Positions 56,478-64,000 of a DNA stretch of 64,000 nt are shown here, piece by piece (positions within the stretch are counted from its first letter, which is position 1; every line of letters starts with the position of its first letter). The DNA comes from an uncultured bacterium (GTDB lineage Bacteria > Fidelibacterota > Fidelibacteria > Fidelibacterales > Fidelibacteraceae). Below the pieces are notes generated by a model. That model saw only the letters and a list, made by a program, of their open reading frames with translations. It ran no database searches and was not told where the DNA came from. Location: the NCBI GenBank assembly GCA_964572745.1, contig CAZNFT010000001.1, positions 86,841-150,840 on the forward strand, written 5' to 3'. Both the position numbers and the translations under genes were made by a program.

Positions 56478-57716
56478 ATGAGAAAAATCATACTGAGAAA
56501 TCGCGCTTTGATCAAAACTGTATCATGGCGAATTATAGCATCATTCTTAACAATTGCTATTGTTTATGCTGTTACCAGAGATATTCTAGCTGCTGTTTCC
56601 GTTATGTCTGCTGAATTCTTTACAAAAATGGCTCTTTATTGGGGACATGAAAAGGGTTGGGGCTTTATTAATATGCCGGAGAAAGGCAGCAAACTCCGTT
56701 CTTTTATTAAAACTATAACATGGCGCGTTGTGGCATCGGTTACAACTTTTAGTCTTGTTTATGCTTTTGACAAAAAACCTGATCCGACTGATGTTGCAGT
56801 ACTCTCGGCTACTTATACAGTATTATTTGAAAATATTTTAAAACCACTGACTTTTTATTTTCATGAACGCCTTTGGAACATTAATTTCAATCTCGATATG
56901 ACCATCGATTTGCATACACATAGTACTTGTTCAGATGGCAGTGCTTCTCCCCAAGAAATTATTCAACTGGCAATAGATAAAGGGTGCGAATATATATCTA
57001 TTACTGATCATGACAATATTGATCATCTTTCGCATGTGGGAGAAATTCCTGATATTATTAAATTTATTCCAGGTGTTGAGATTTCTGCAGAGCATAAAAA
57101 GACCTTGCATATTCTTGGCTATGGTTTTGATCCTGAAAACAAAGAATTGAAAGAGACTTTGAAGTCTTTAGTGGAAGCGCGAAGAGAACGCAATGTATTA
57201 ATGCTTAAAAAAATGGCTGAGCAGGGTTTTCATATTACGATGGATGAATTAGCGAAGGAATCTAAGGGTGGAATTGTCGGTCGCCCGCATTTTGCAAATT
57301 TAATGCTTCAAAAAGGCTATGTTGAAAATTATCAGGAAGCTTTTGATAAATATTTAGCTAAGGGTCAATCACTTTATATGGATAAATTCCGTCTTGATCC
57401 CAAGGTCGCTATTGAATTAATTCTGGCTGCCGGTGGCATTCCTGTCATGGCGCATCCATATCAGACCGGCTTATCATCCCCCGAGTTAGAAGGTCTGATC
57501 AAAGAATTAAGATCCTATGGTTTAATAGGCATTGAAGTCTATTATTCGCAACATTCTAAAGAACAAATGAAAGAATATCTGGGCTATGCCAAGAAATACG
57601 ATCTCTTGCCGACAGCCGGATCGGATTTTCATGGTAGTTTTAAGCCGGACATAGAACTTGGTATGACTATGCCTCATGTAGAGGTCATGCCTTTTTTGGA
57701 GCTTTTAGAAAAATGA
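56478..57716 (+). CDS. Membrane-anchored PHP-family phosphoesterase (2x DUF2061 N-terminal repeats + TrpH/YciV-like PHP domain; putative 3',5'-bisphosphate nucleotidase)
   Basis: 412 aa. Two repeats of K(T)(V/I)(S/T)WR..AS..T and (G)HE(K/R).W (DUF2061 pattern), then [12 protein letters not shown]...[11 protein letters not shown] metal motifs. 4-nt overlap with cysC. Confidence 0.75.
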   Translation: MRKIILRNRALIKTVSWRIIASFLTIAIVYAVTRDILAAVSVMSAEFFTKMALYWGHEKGWGFINMPEKGSKLRSFIKTITWRVVASVTTFSLVYAFDKKPDPTDVAVLSATYTVLFENILKPLTFYFHERLWNINFNLDMTIDLHTHSTCSDGSASPQEIIQLAIDKGCEYISITDHDNIDHLSHVGEIPDIIKFIPGVEISAEHKKTLHILGYGFDPENKELKETLKSLVEARRERNVLMLKKMAEQGFHITMDELAKESKGGIVGRPHFANLMLQKGYVENYQEAFDKYLAKGQSLYMDKFRLDPKVAIELILAAGGIPVMAHPYQTGLSSPELEGLIKELRSYGLIGIEVYYSQHSKEQMKEYLGYAKKYDLLPTAGSDFHGSFKPDIELGMTMPHVEVMPFLELLEK

Positions 57717-58318
57717 GATCCTCGAATGTAAAATGGCAAGAAGGCTTTATCGGTCAGAAAGAACGGGAAGCTTTATTAAAACAAAAAGGTGTTTGCCTGT
57801 GGTTTACCGGACTTTCGGGCTCGGGTAAAAGTACAGTAGCCTCTGCTGTTGAAAAAAAAATATACGAGATGGGATATTTATCATATATACTTGATGGAGA
57901 CAATATTCGTCATGGCTTGAATGGCGATCTAGGATTTTCGGATGAAGACAGGAAGGAAAATATCCGTCGTATTGGTGAATTGAGTAAATTATTTACTGAT
58001 GCGGGGCTCATTACGCTCACAGCTTTCATTTCGCCTTTCAGGGCAGATAGGGAAAGAGTGAGAAATATTCTTGAAAAAGGTAAATTTATTGAAGTCTTCG
58101 TCGATTGTCCTTTGGAAGTCTGCGAAAACCGCGATGTTAAGGGTTTATATGCTAAGGCAAGAAACAACGAGATCAAGGCATTTACCGGGATAACATCGCC
58201 CTACGAAGCACCCGAAAAGCCGGAGATCATTATTAATACGGCAGAAGAGACTATAGAAGGATCGGCAGAGATCATTATAAACTATTTAATAAATCACAAC
58301 ATTATAGAGAAAAAATGA
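57713..58318 (+). CDS. cysC: Adenylyl-sulfate (APS) kinase
   Basis: 201 aa with all canonical blocks: [64 protein letters not shown]. Confidence 0.95.
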   Translation: MRSSNVKWQEGFIGQKEREALLKQKGVCLWFTGLSGSGKSTVASAVEKKIYEMGYLSYILDGDNIRHGLNGDLGFSDEDRKENIRRIGELSKLFTDAGLITLTAFISPFRADRERVRNILEKGKFIEVFVDCPLEVCENRDVKGLYAKARNNEIKAFTGITSPYEAPEKPEIIINTAEETIEGSAEIIINYLINHNIIEKK

Positions 58319-59229
58319 CAAAAGAAAATTATTCGCTTTCGCACTTGCAAGAACTTGAAGCCGAGGCTATTCATATTATTCGTGAAGTAGCGGCAGAATT
58401 TGAAAATCCCGTGATGCTATATTCAATTGGTAAAGATTCTTCCTGCATGGTACGTCTTGCCGAAAAGGCATTTTATCCGGGGAAAGTTCCCTTTCCTTTA
58501 ATGCACATTGATTCAAAATGGAAATTTAAGGAAATGGTGGAATTTCGCGATCATTATGCTAAAGAAAAGGGCTGGGACCTTATTGTCCATTATAATAAGG
58601 AAGCTTACGAAGCAGGCATTGGTCCATTTACTCATGGATCTAAGGTTCATACAGATGTAATGAAAACAGAGGCGCTTCTTGAGGGATTAAATAAGTATGG
58701 TTTTGATGCTGCTTTTGGTGGCGCTCGTCGTGATGAAGAAAAATCCCGGGCAAAAGAACGTATATTTTCTTTCCGCGATGAATTTCATCAGTGGGATCCC
58801 AAGAATCAGCGACCTGAACTTTGGGCAAATTATAATACTCAGGTTATGAAGGGTGAATCCATTCGTGTATTCCCAATTTCAAACTGGACGGAATTGGATG
58901 TCTGGCAATATATTCGTCTTGAAAAAATCCCTATTGTTCCATTGTATTTTGCAAAACCGCGAGCGGTAGTCGAATATAATGGTGCTTTAGTTTTGGTGGA
59001 TGATGAGCGCATGCCCAAAGAACTGCGCGATAAAGCCAAAATGAAAATGGTTCGCTTCAGAACCTTAGGTTGCTATCCCTTAACCGGCGCTGTTGAGTCC
59101 GATGCTGATACAATTGAGAAGATCGTAGAAGAAATGATGACCACCACAGCATCTGAAAGAACGACTCGCGTAATCGACTTTGACCAGGAAGGGAGTATGG
59201 AACAGAAGAAAAGAGAAGGGTACTTCTAA
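58315..59229 (+). CDS. cysD: Sulfate adenylyltransferase subunit 2
   Basis: 304 aa. PAPS-reductase-fold N-terminus ([11 protein letters not shown]) and C-terminal ...[14 protein letters not shown] typical of CysD. Confidence 0.95.
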   Translation: MTKENYSLSHLQELEAEAIHIIREVAAEFENPVMLYSIGKDSSCMVRLAEKAFYPGKVPFPLMHIDSKWKFKEMVEFRDHYAKEKGWDLIVHYNKEAYEAGIGPFTHGSKVHTDVMKTEALLEGLNKYGFDAAFGGARRDEEKSRAKERIFSFRDEFHQWDPKNQRPELWANYNTQVMKGESIRVFPISNWTELDVWQYIRLEKIPIVPLYFAKPRAVVEYNGALVLVDDERMPKELRDKAKMKMVRFRTLGCYPLTGAVESDADTIEKIVEEMMTTTASERTTRVIDFDQEGSMEQKKREGYF

Positions 59230-59383
59230 AAGAAAAAGTACAAAGTATAAAGGCAAAAGTACAAAAAATAGGCAAGAATAAAGCAAGATGTAAAGACGCA
59301 ATTTAACGCGTCTCTAAAAATATAAAGAGAGCTGAATACTGAACGCTACATGCTGACAGCTGACAGCCGATAGTAAGGACACT

Positions 59384-61285
59384 ATGGAACAGACAAAACA
59401 AGCATTGAATATAGAGGAATTTCTCGCGCAGGATGAGAAAAAGGATCTTTTAAGAATATTGACAGCCGGTTCAGTTGATGATGGAAAATCGACTTTGATC
59501 GGTCGTTTGTTATTTGATTCAAAAAGATTATATGATGATCAGTTAGTTGCATTAAAGCGCGATAGTAAGCGCGTGGGACATGCCGGAGAGAATATAGATT
59601 ATGCTCTGTTGCTAGATGGCTTAAAAGCTGAACGCGAACAAGGTATTACTATTGATGTAGCTTATCGCTATTTTTCAACTAATCGTCGTAAATTTATTAT
59701 TGCCGATACACCCGGACATGAACAATACACACGAAATATGGTTACTGGCGCATCAACTGCCAGTCTTGCTCTTATTCTTGTAGATGCCTCAAAGGGCGTT
59801 ATCACTCAAACAAGACGACACACATTTTTAGTTTCTCTTTTAGGTATAAAACATGTTGTTCTGGCTGTAAATAAAATGGATCTGGTTGACTACGATAAGG
59901 AAGTATTTGATAAAATTTGTGAGGATTATAAAAGATTTTTGATCCGCCAAAATATTCCTGATGTCAATTTCGTTCCTTTGTCAGCTCTTCATGGTGATAA
60001 TGTTGTGAATCTTTCGGATAAAATGCCGTGGTACAAAGGTCAGCCTATTTTAGAATTATTAGAGAGCATTCATATAAGTTCGGACAGGAATTTTACAGAT
60101 CTACGTTATCCTGTGCAGTATGTTTTGCGCCCTGAACACAGTTTTCGCGGATTTTCTGCAAAAGTTGCGTCAGGTATTGTTCGCAAGGGCGACGAACTCA
60201 TGGCGTTACCATCACGGAAGAAAAGTAAAGTTAAAGAGATTATTACTTATGATGGAGAACAAAATTACGCTTTTCCACCGGAAAGTGTCACGATCACTCT
60301 AGAAGATGAGATCGATATTTCGCGTGGTGATATGTTGGTACATCCAAATAATCAGCCAAGAGTCGAAAGGCATTTTGAGTCTATGTTGGTATGGATGGAT
60401 GAAAAAGATATGGATCTCAACACGAACTTTATTATTAAGCAAACCACTAATTTAACTAAGGCAAGAATTGATGATATTCGCTATAAGATCAATGTCAATA
60501 CCATGCATCGTAGCGAAGCCAATCATCTTAAATTAAACGAGATCGGTCGTGTTGTTATTACTGCCAGTAAAGCCTTATTTTTTGATGCCTATGAGAAAAA
60601 TCGAGAAACGGGTTCCTTTATTTTGATCGATCCTATCACGCATAATACTTCTGCTGTCGGTATGATCATTGATCGTGTATCTGCGGAAGATCTTCCAAAC
60701 AGGATCTCTGATAAAGATCGTAAGAAGATCTCTGAGGGTATAAGCTTAGTTTCATCAAAAGAAAGAGAAGCTAAATTACATCAAAAAGGGCAAACGATAT
60801 GGATTACCGGTTTACACGGCAGTGGAAAAACCGATCTTGCATATTTGCTTGAAAAGCGTCTCTTTGATCTTGGTCATGTCAGTATTTTATTGGATGGCCA
60901 TAATGTGCGTTCCGGTCTGTCTAAAGAATTGGATTATTCCCCCGCAGATCGCGCAGAGCATTTGCGTAGAGCCGCTGAGGTTTGTCGTTTATTGAATGAC
61001 CAAGGGATTATCACTATTTGCACTTTTATTTCGCCTAAAGAAAAAACACGCCAGCAGATAGCAGAGATCATTGGTAAAGAAAGATTTACGCTTATTCATA
61101 TGGCAAGTGATCTTGAAACAAGCAGGGCCAATAAGCCGGAATTATATAAACTTGCCGAGGAGGGGAAACTGCATAATTTAGCAGGAATGAACTCAGTCTA
61201 TGAAGTGCCCGAAAACCCAGATCTTAGATTAGAAATGGATGATAATCGGATAGAAGGTATTGTGGAAATTATTCAAAACAAGTAG
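59384..61285 (+). CDS. cysN: Sulfate adenylyltransferase subunit 1 (GTPase) fused to a divergent APS-kinase-like domain
   Basis: 633 aa. G1 [16 protein letters not shown]3 DTPGHEQY, G4 NKMD. C-terminal about 175 aa is APS-kinase-like ([33 protein letters not shown]). Confidence 0.9.
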   Translation: MEQTKQALNIEEFLAQDEKKDLLRILTAGSVDDGKSTLIGRLLFDSKRLYDDQLVALKRDSKRVGHAGENIDYALLLDGLKAEREQGITIDVAYRYFSTNRRKFIIADTPGHEQYTRNMVTGASTASLALILVDASKGVITQTRRHTFLVSLLGIKHVVLAVNKMDLVDYDKEVFDKICEDYKRFLIRQNIPDVNFVPLSALHGDNVVNLSDKMPWYKGQPILELLESIHISSDRNFTDLRYPVQYVLRPEHSFRGFSAKVASGIVRKGDELMALPSRKKSKVKEIITYDGEQNYAFPPESVTITLEDEIDISRGDMLVHPNNQPRVERHFESMLVWMDEKDMDLNTNFIIKQTTNLTKARIDDIRYKINVNTMHRSEANHLKLNEIGRVVITASKALFFDAYEKNRETGSFILIDPITHNTSAVGMIIDRVSAEDLPNRISDKDRKKISEGISLVSSKEREAKLHQKGQTIWITGLHGSGKTDLAYLLEKRLFDLGHVSILLDGHNVRSGLSKELDYSPADRAEHLRRAAEVCRLLNDQGIITICTFISPKEKTRQQIAEIIGKERFTLIHMASDLETSRANKPELYKLAEEGKLHNLAGMNSVYEVPENPDLRLEMDDNRIEGIVEIIQNK

Positions 61286-61290
61286 GTATT

Positions 61291-62418
61291 ATGGATATTA
61301 TTAAAAACGATCATAAGAGTTCCAAGAAAAAATATAAAATATCTCAGCATCAGCTTTATCTGGCGCGTCCGGATGTCTGGAGAAAATTAAAACGTCAAAA
61401 TAAAATTGACAAAAAATATAAGCCTGTAAGACGTAAAATTACGCTAATGACATATTTTTCCAGGCCACTTCAATTATTGCAAAATAATCTTAAACGTGGG
61501 GCATTAAAAAAGATAAATTTCGAGGATCAACCACCTTTATTTGTGATAGGTCATTGGCGCACCGGAACGACATTTATGCATAATCTTTTGCATCTGGACT
61601 CGCATTTTGGATATCTTAGCAATTATCAGGCCTATGTTTTTACAGTTGCTTTATTAAATTCAAAAGCAATGTCCTTTTTATCAAAACCCTTATTCCCAAA
61701 AGAGAGATTACAGGACAACATTAAAATAGGTCCCACTTACCCTGCAGAAGAAGAACAACCTTTTGCCATGATCTCGACCAGAACAGGTATGCAAACTTTC
61801 TTTTTCCCAAGAAATCGTATGTACTTTGATAAATACAATGTCTTTAAAGGCATATCTGTCCGTGAAAAACGGCTATGGCAAAGAGATTTCATTTATTTAT
61901 TAAGGAATATTTCTCTGTACAATAAACAAAAACCACTTTTACTTAAAAACCCTCACAATACCGGTAGAGTAAAAGAAATTTTAGAATTATTTCCACATGC
62001 AAAGTTCATCTTTTTACATAGAGATCCCTATACAGTTTATATATCCACCTTACACATGTATGATAAAGTTGTTAGAACCCAGTTTTTTCATGATGTTAGC
62101 AATGAAGAGATAGAAGATCTGGTCATGTATATTTCTCGTGAGACTCTAAGAAAATATCTAGATGATAGAAGCTTAATACCCGAAGGAAATCTTATTGAGA
62201 TCGCATATAAGGATCTTGCAGAAAAACCCTTTGAAACAGTCCAAAAGATCTACGATAAACTAAGTCTGCCAGACTTTAAAAAAGTAGAACCAGCCATTAA
62301 GCAACACCTCGAAGAAGTTAAAAATTACAAGAAAAACGAATTCAAGGAACTTTCGCCCGAACAGAAAGCCAGAGTGAGGAAAGAGTTGGATTTTTATTTT
62401 AGAGCCTTTGATTATTGA
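61291..62418 (+). CDS. PAPS-dependent sulfotransferase family protein
   Basis: 375 aa. 5'-phosphosulfate-binding loop GHWRTGTTFMHNLL and downstream RDPYTVYIS (3'-phosphate-binding-type block). Confidence 0.8.
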   Translation: MDIIKNDHKSSKKKYKISQHQLYLARPDVWRKLKRQNKIDKKYKPVRRKITLMTYFSRPLQLLQNNLKRGALKKINFEDQPPLFVIGHWRTGTTFMHNLLHLDSHFGYLSNYQAYVFTVALLNSKAMSFLSKPLFPKERLQDNIKIGPTYPAEEEQPFAMISTRTGMQTFFFPRNRMYFDKYNVFKGISVREKRLWQRDFIYLLRNISLYNKQKPLLLKNPHNTGRVKEILELFPHAKFIFLHRDPYTVYISTLHMYDKVVRTQFFHDVSNEEIEDLVMYISRETLRKYLDDRSLIPEGNLIEIAYKDLAEKPFETVQKIYDKLSLPDFKKVEPAIKQHLEEVKNYKKNEFKELSPEQKARVRKELDFYFRAFDY

Positions 62419-62616
62419 GCGCTCTAAATACGAGGGCGAGAGTAGAAATGTAGGAAAGGTGTTTTAGTGTCATTCTGATCCGTCAGTCTCGAAAAGACTC
62501 CTGCGGAGCTGAGGGACTACAAAACTTTTCTTGCTTAGATATTGTAATTAGCTATAAATTTTCTTTATATGGCTTTGGTCCCAGAGGTATCCAATAACAG
62601 TAAAGAAAGATCTCAC

Positions 62617-62641
62617 AAAAAAAGAACCCCGATCGGGGTTC
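62617..62641 (-). terminator. Rho-independent terminator after arcC
   Basis: Palindrome GAACCCC-gatc-GGGGTTC. On the minus strand it is followed by U7 (plus-strand A-run 62617..62623). Confidence 0.75.
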
Positions 62642-62679
62642 ACCATAAATTCAAGGATTTAACAATTTAAGGTTTATAG

Positions 62680-63618
62680 TTAGCTATGGATGATGGTACC
62701 AACCTCACCCGACAATGCAAACTTAGCCTTATCTAATGAGGTGATGACAGCTTTGCGTTTTGAACCCAATTCTACAAAGCTCAGTGCAGCTTCAATTTTG
62801 GGTAGCATGGAGCCCTCAGCAAAATGTCCTGCCTGGATATATTTTCTTGCCTGTTTAGCTGATATTTCTTTAAGCTCTGTTTGTTGTGGCGTTCCAAAAT
62901 TCAAACAGACATGATCCACGGCGGTGAGAATAAAAAGATAATTAGCTTTAACAATATCGGCTAACATGGCAGCTGTAAAATCTTTATCTATTACAGCTGA
63001 AACACCATGATAATTATTGTTTTTATCTTTAACAACAGGGATACCGCCGCCGCCACAAGTTATAACGATGAATTTAAGATCGAGAAGATTTAGAATTGAT
63101 TTTTGCTCAACAATATATATAGGTTTTGGAGAAGCAACAACGCGTCGCCAACCGCGCCCCGCATCTTCTTTAAATATTTGTTCGGGTTTTTCACGCATGA
63201 GAGCGAGGGCTTCTTCTTTGCTGTAGAAATCACCGATGGGTTTTGTAGGGTTTTTGAAAGAAGGATCGTTTGGATCTACAGATACCTGAGATACAAGTGT
63301 AGAGACATTCCAGGGCATACCAAGTCGTCGAAGCTCTTTCATAATGCCTTGTTGCAGGTGGTATCCAATATAACCCTGACTCATGGCGGTGCATTCTTGC
63401 AGGTCAATAGCTGCAATTTTATCTGAATTTGCCGATCCATATTCAAAGGCTTTATAGATCATGCCGACTTGAGGACCGTTTCCGTGGGTAAGAATAATTT
63501 TATGACCTTGAGTAATCAGATCCACCAAAGAGGGTACAGCTCTGGCAATATTTTTCTGTTGTTCTGCCGGTGTTTTTCCAAGTGCATTGCCACCAAGAGC
63601 GATCGTAATAACTTTCAT
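62680..63618 (-). CDS. arcC: Carbamate kinase
   Basis: 312 aa. MKVITIALGGNALG..., THGNGPQVG and GGGGIPV blocks. Confidence 0.95.
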   Translation of the reverse strand: MKVITIALGGNALGKTPAEQQKNIARAVPSLVDLITQGHKIILTHGNGPQVGMIYKAFEYGSANSDKIAAIDLQECTAMSQGYIGYHLQQGIMKELRRLGMPWNVSTLVSQVSVDPNDPSFKNPTKPIGDFYSKEEALALMREKPEQIFKEDAGRGWRRVVASPKPIYIVEQKSILNLLDLKFIVITCGGGGIPVVKDKNNNYHGVSAVIDKDFTAAMLADIVKANYLFILTAVDHVCLNFGTPQQTELKEISAKQARKYIQAGHFAEGSMLPKIEAALSFVELGSKRKAVITSLDKAKFALSGEVGTIIHS

Positions 63619-63913
63619 GCATACTCCTTAAAGGTCAAATAGACCTTTATAAAAGGCAAGAAGCAGGAAAACCTACTTCTTTGTTTTAGTCATGTCTAAA
63701 AAACAATTGCTCAAAATTAATGAATGTCAGATGAAAATCCAAGCCCTATAGCTGGGCGGTACAAATACTTAGGTGAATTTTATGTGGAGTATTCCAAAAC
63801 AAAGCCTTGTAATACGGATAATTTATAAATTGTACTTACACCCTGAATCCAGGAATAAAAGAAAAACCGAAGGACAAGAAAACAGTTTTGTTGAGATATA
63901 GATAATCCTAATT

Positions 63914-64000
63914 CTATGTTAAGAGTAGCGCAAGGCCAATTCCTACAAGAATGAAAAACTTCGCCCATTTAACGATGGTCCAGAATTTAGCTTTATTTAA
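63914..64000 (-). CDS. 3' end (28 codons + stop) of a gene running in from the right edge; hydrophobic C-terminal helix
   Basis: Manual minus-strand translation in frame with the window edge gives LNKAKFWTIVKWAKFFILVGIGLALLLT-TAG. Too short for a family call. Confidence 0.3.
   Translation of the reverse strand, partial: LNKAKFWTIVKWAKFFILVGIGLALLLT

Noticed and set aside
56163-56480. tmRNA (ssrA) on the minus strand. Cues were the ...GGAGCCACCA end followed by a terminator, and AAAAAAAATAGTCCGCAATAAA resembling the E. coli region before the tag codons
   Set aside because: There is no 5' acceptor strand (GGCTCCG or GGGG...) and no GGTTCGAnTCC T-loop. The only tag frame would be AINIS-stop, with no xLAA-type ending. 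The 5' part would overlap the promoter and start of the DUF2061-PHP gene. Kept only as tRNA-like fragments, and should still be run through ARAGORN.
63780-63968. 62-aa minus-strand ORF near the right edge
   Set aside because: Non-protein-like sequence. A different minus-strand frame, open to the window edge, gives a plausible hydrophobic C-terminus (63914..64000) and is reported instead at low confidence.

Overview
64-kb, gene-dense chromosomal window from a low-GC bacterium (roughly 40% GC by eye). The gene content includes a T9SS-sorted M6 protease, histidine-to-glutamate degradation genes, carbamate kinase, a glycine-cleavage P subunit, a peroxiredoxin and several Fe-S/radical-SAM proteins. 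This suggests an uncultured anaerobic amino-acid degrader of the FCB-type lineages, but the taxonomic guess is inference only. Left to right: (1) a minus-strand TetR-TolC-adaptor-RND efflux operon, whose RND gene is cut by the left edge and missing from the ORF track, followed by a type-A cat gene. (2) A VTC-domain/DUF4956/beta-barrel operon whose DUF4956 gene carries an in-frame TGA. (3) hutH-hutU-[AT-rich orphan ORF plus GC-rich structured spacer]-ftcD-hutI. (4) A lipoprotein and two tandem small OMP paralogues. (5) A 65-bp tandem repeat carrying nine same-strand TTATCCTG octamers. (6) trpS, NlpC/P60, a polyprenol-kinase/DUF92 fusion, a hybrid sensor kinase and an oxidoreductase. (7) An MBL-DUF89-CGGC-radical SAM operon. 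(8) A housekeeping block from dtd to mutY. (9) A hypothetical-cupin-umuD-umuC operon diverging from the dnaA upstream spacer, which holds DnaA boxes, an AT-rich tract and a candidate ~160-nt structured RNA. (10) dnaA, bcp, a hydrolase, an aminotransferase, the M6 protease, gcvPB and a nucleoside-kinase-like gene. (11) pntAA-pntAB-pntB, with a tandemly duplicated dIII domain in PntB. (12) pepC. (13) A 1.28-kb ORF-free stretch with an integrase C-terminal remnant, tRNA-Phe-like fragments and terminators. (14) A PAPS-synthesis/sulfotransferase/PHP-phosphatase module. (15) arcC. I recognised no rRNA, intact tRNA, CRISPR array or intact transposase. All family calls come from reading the translations and no database search was run.
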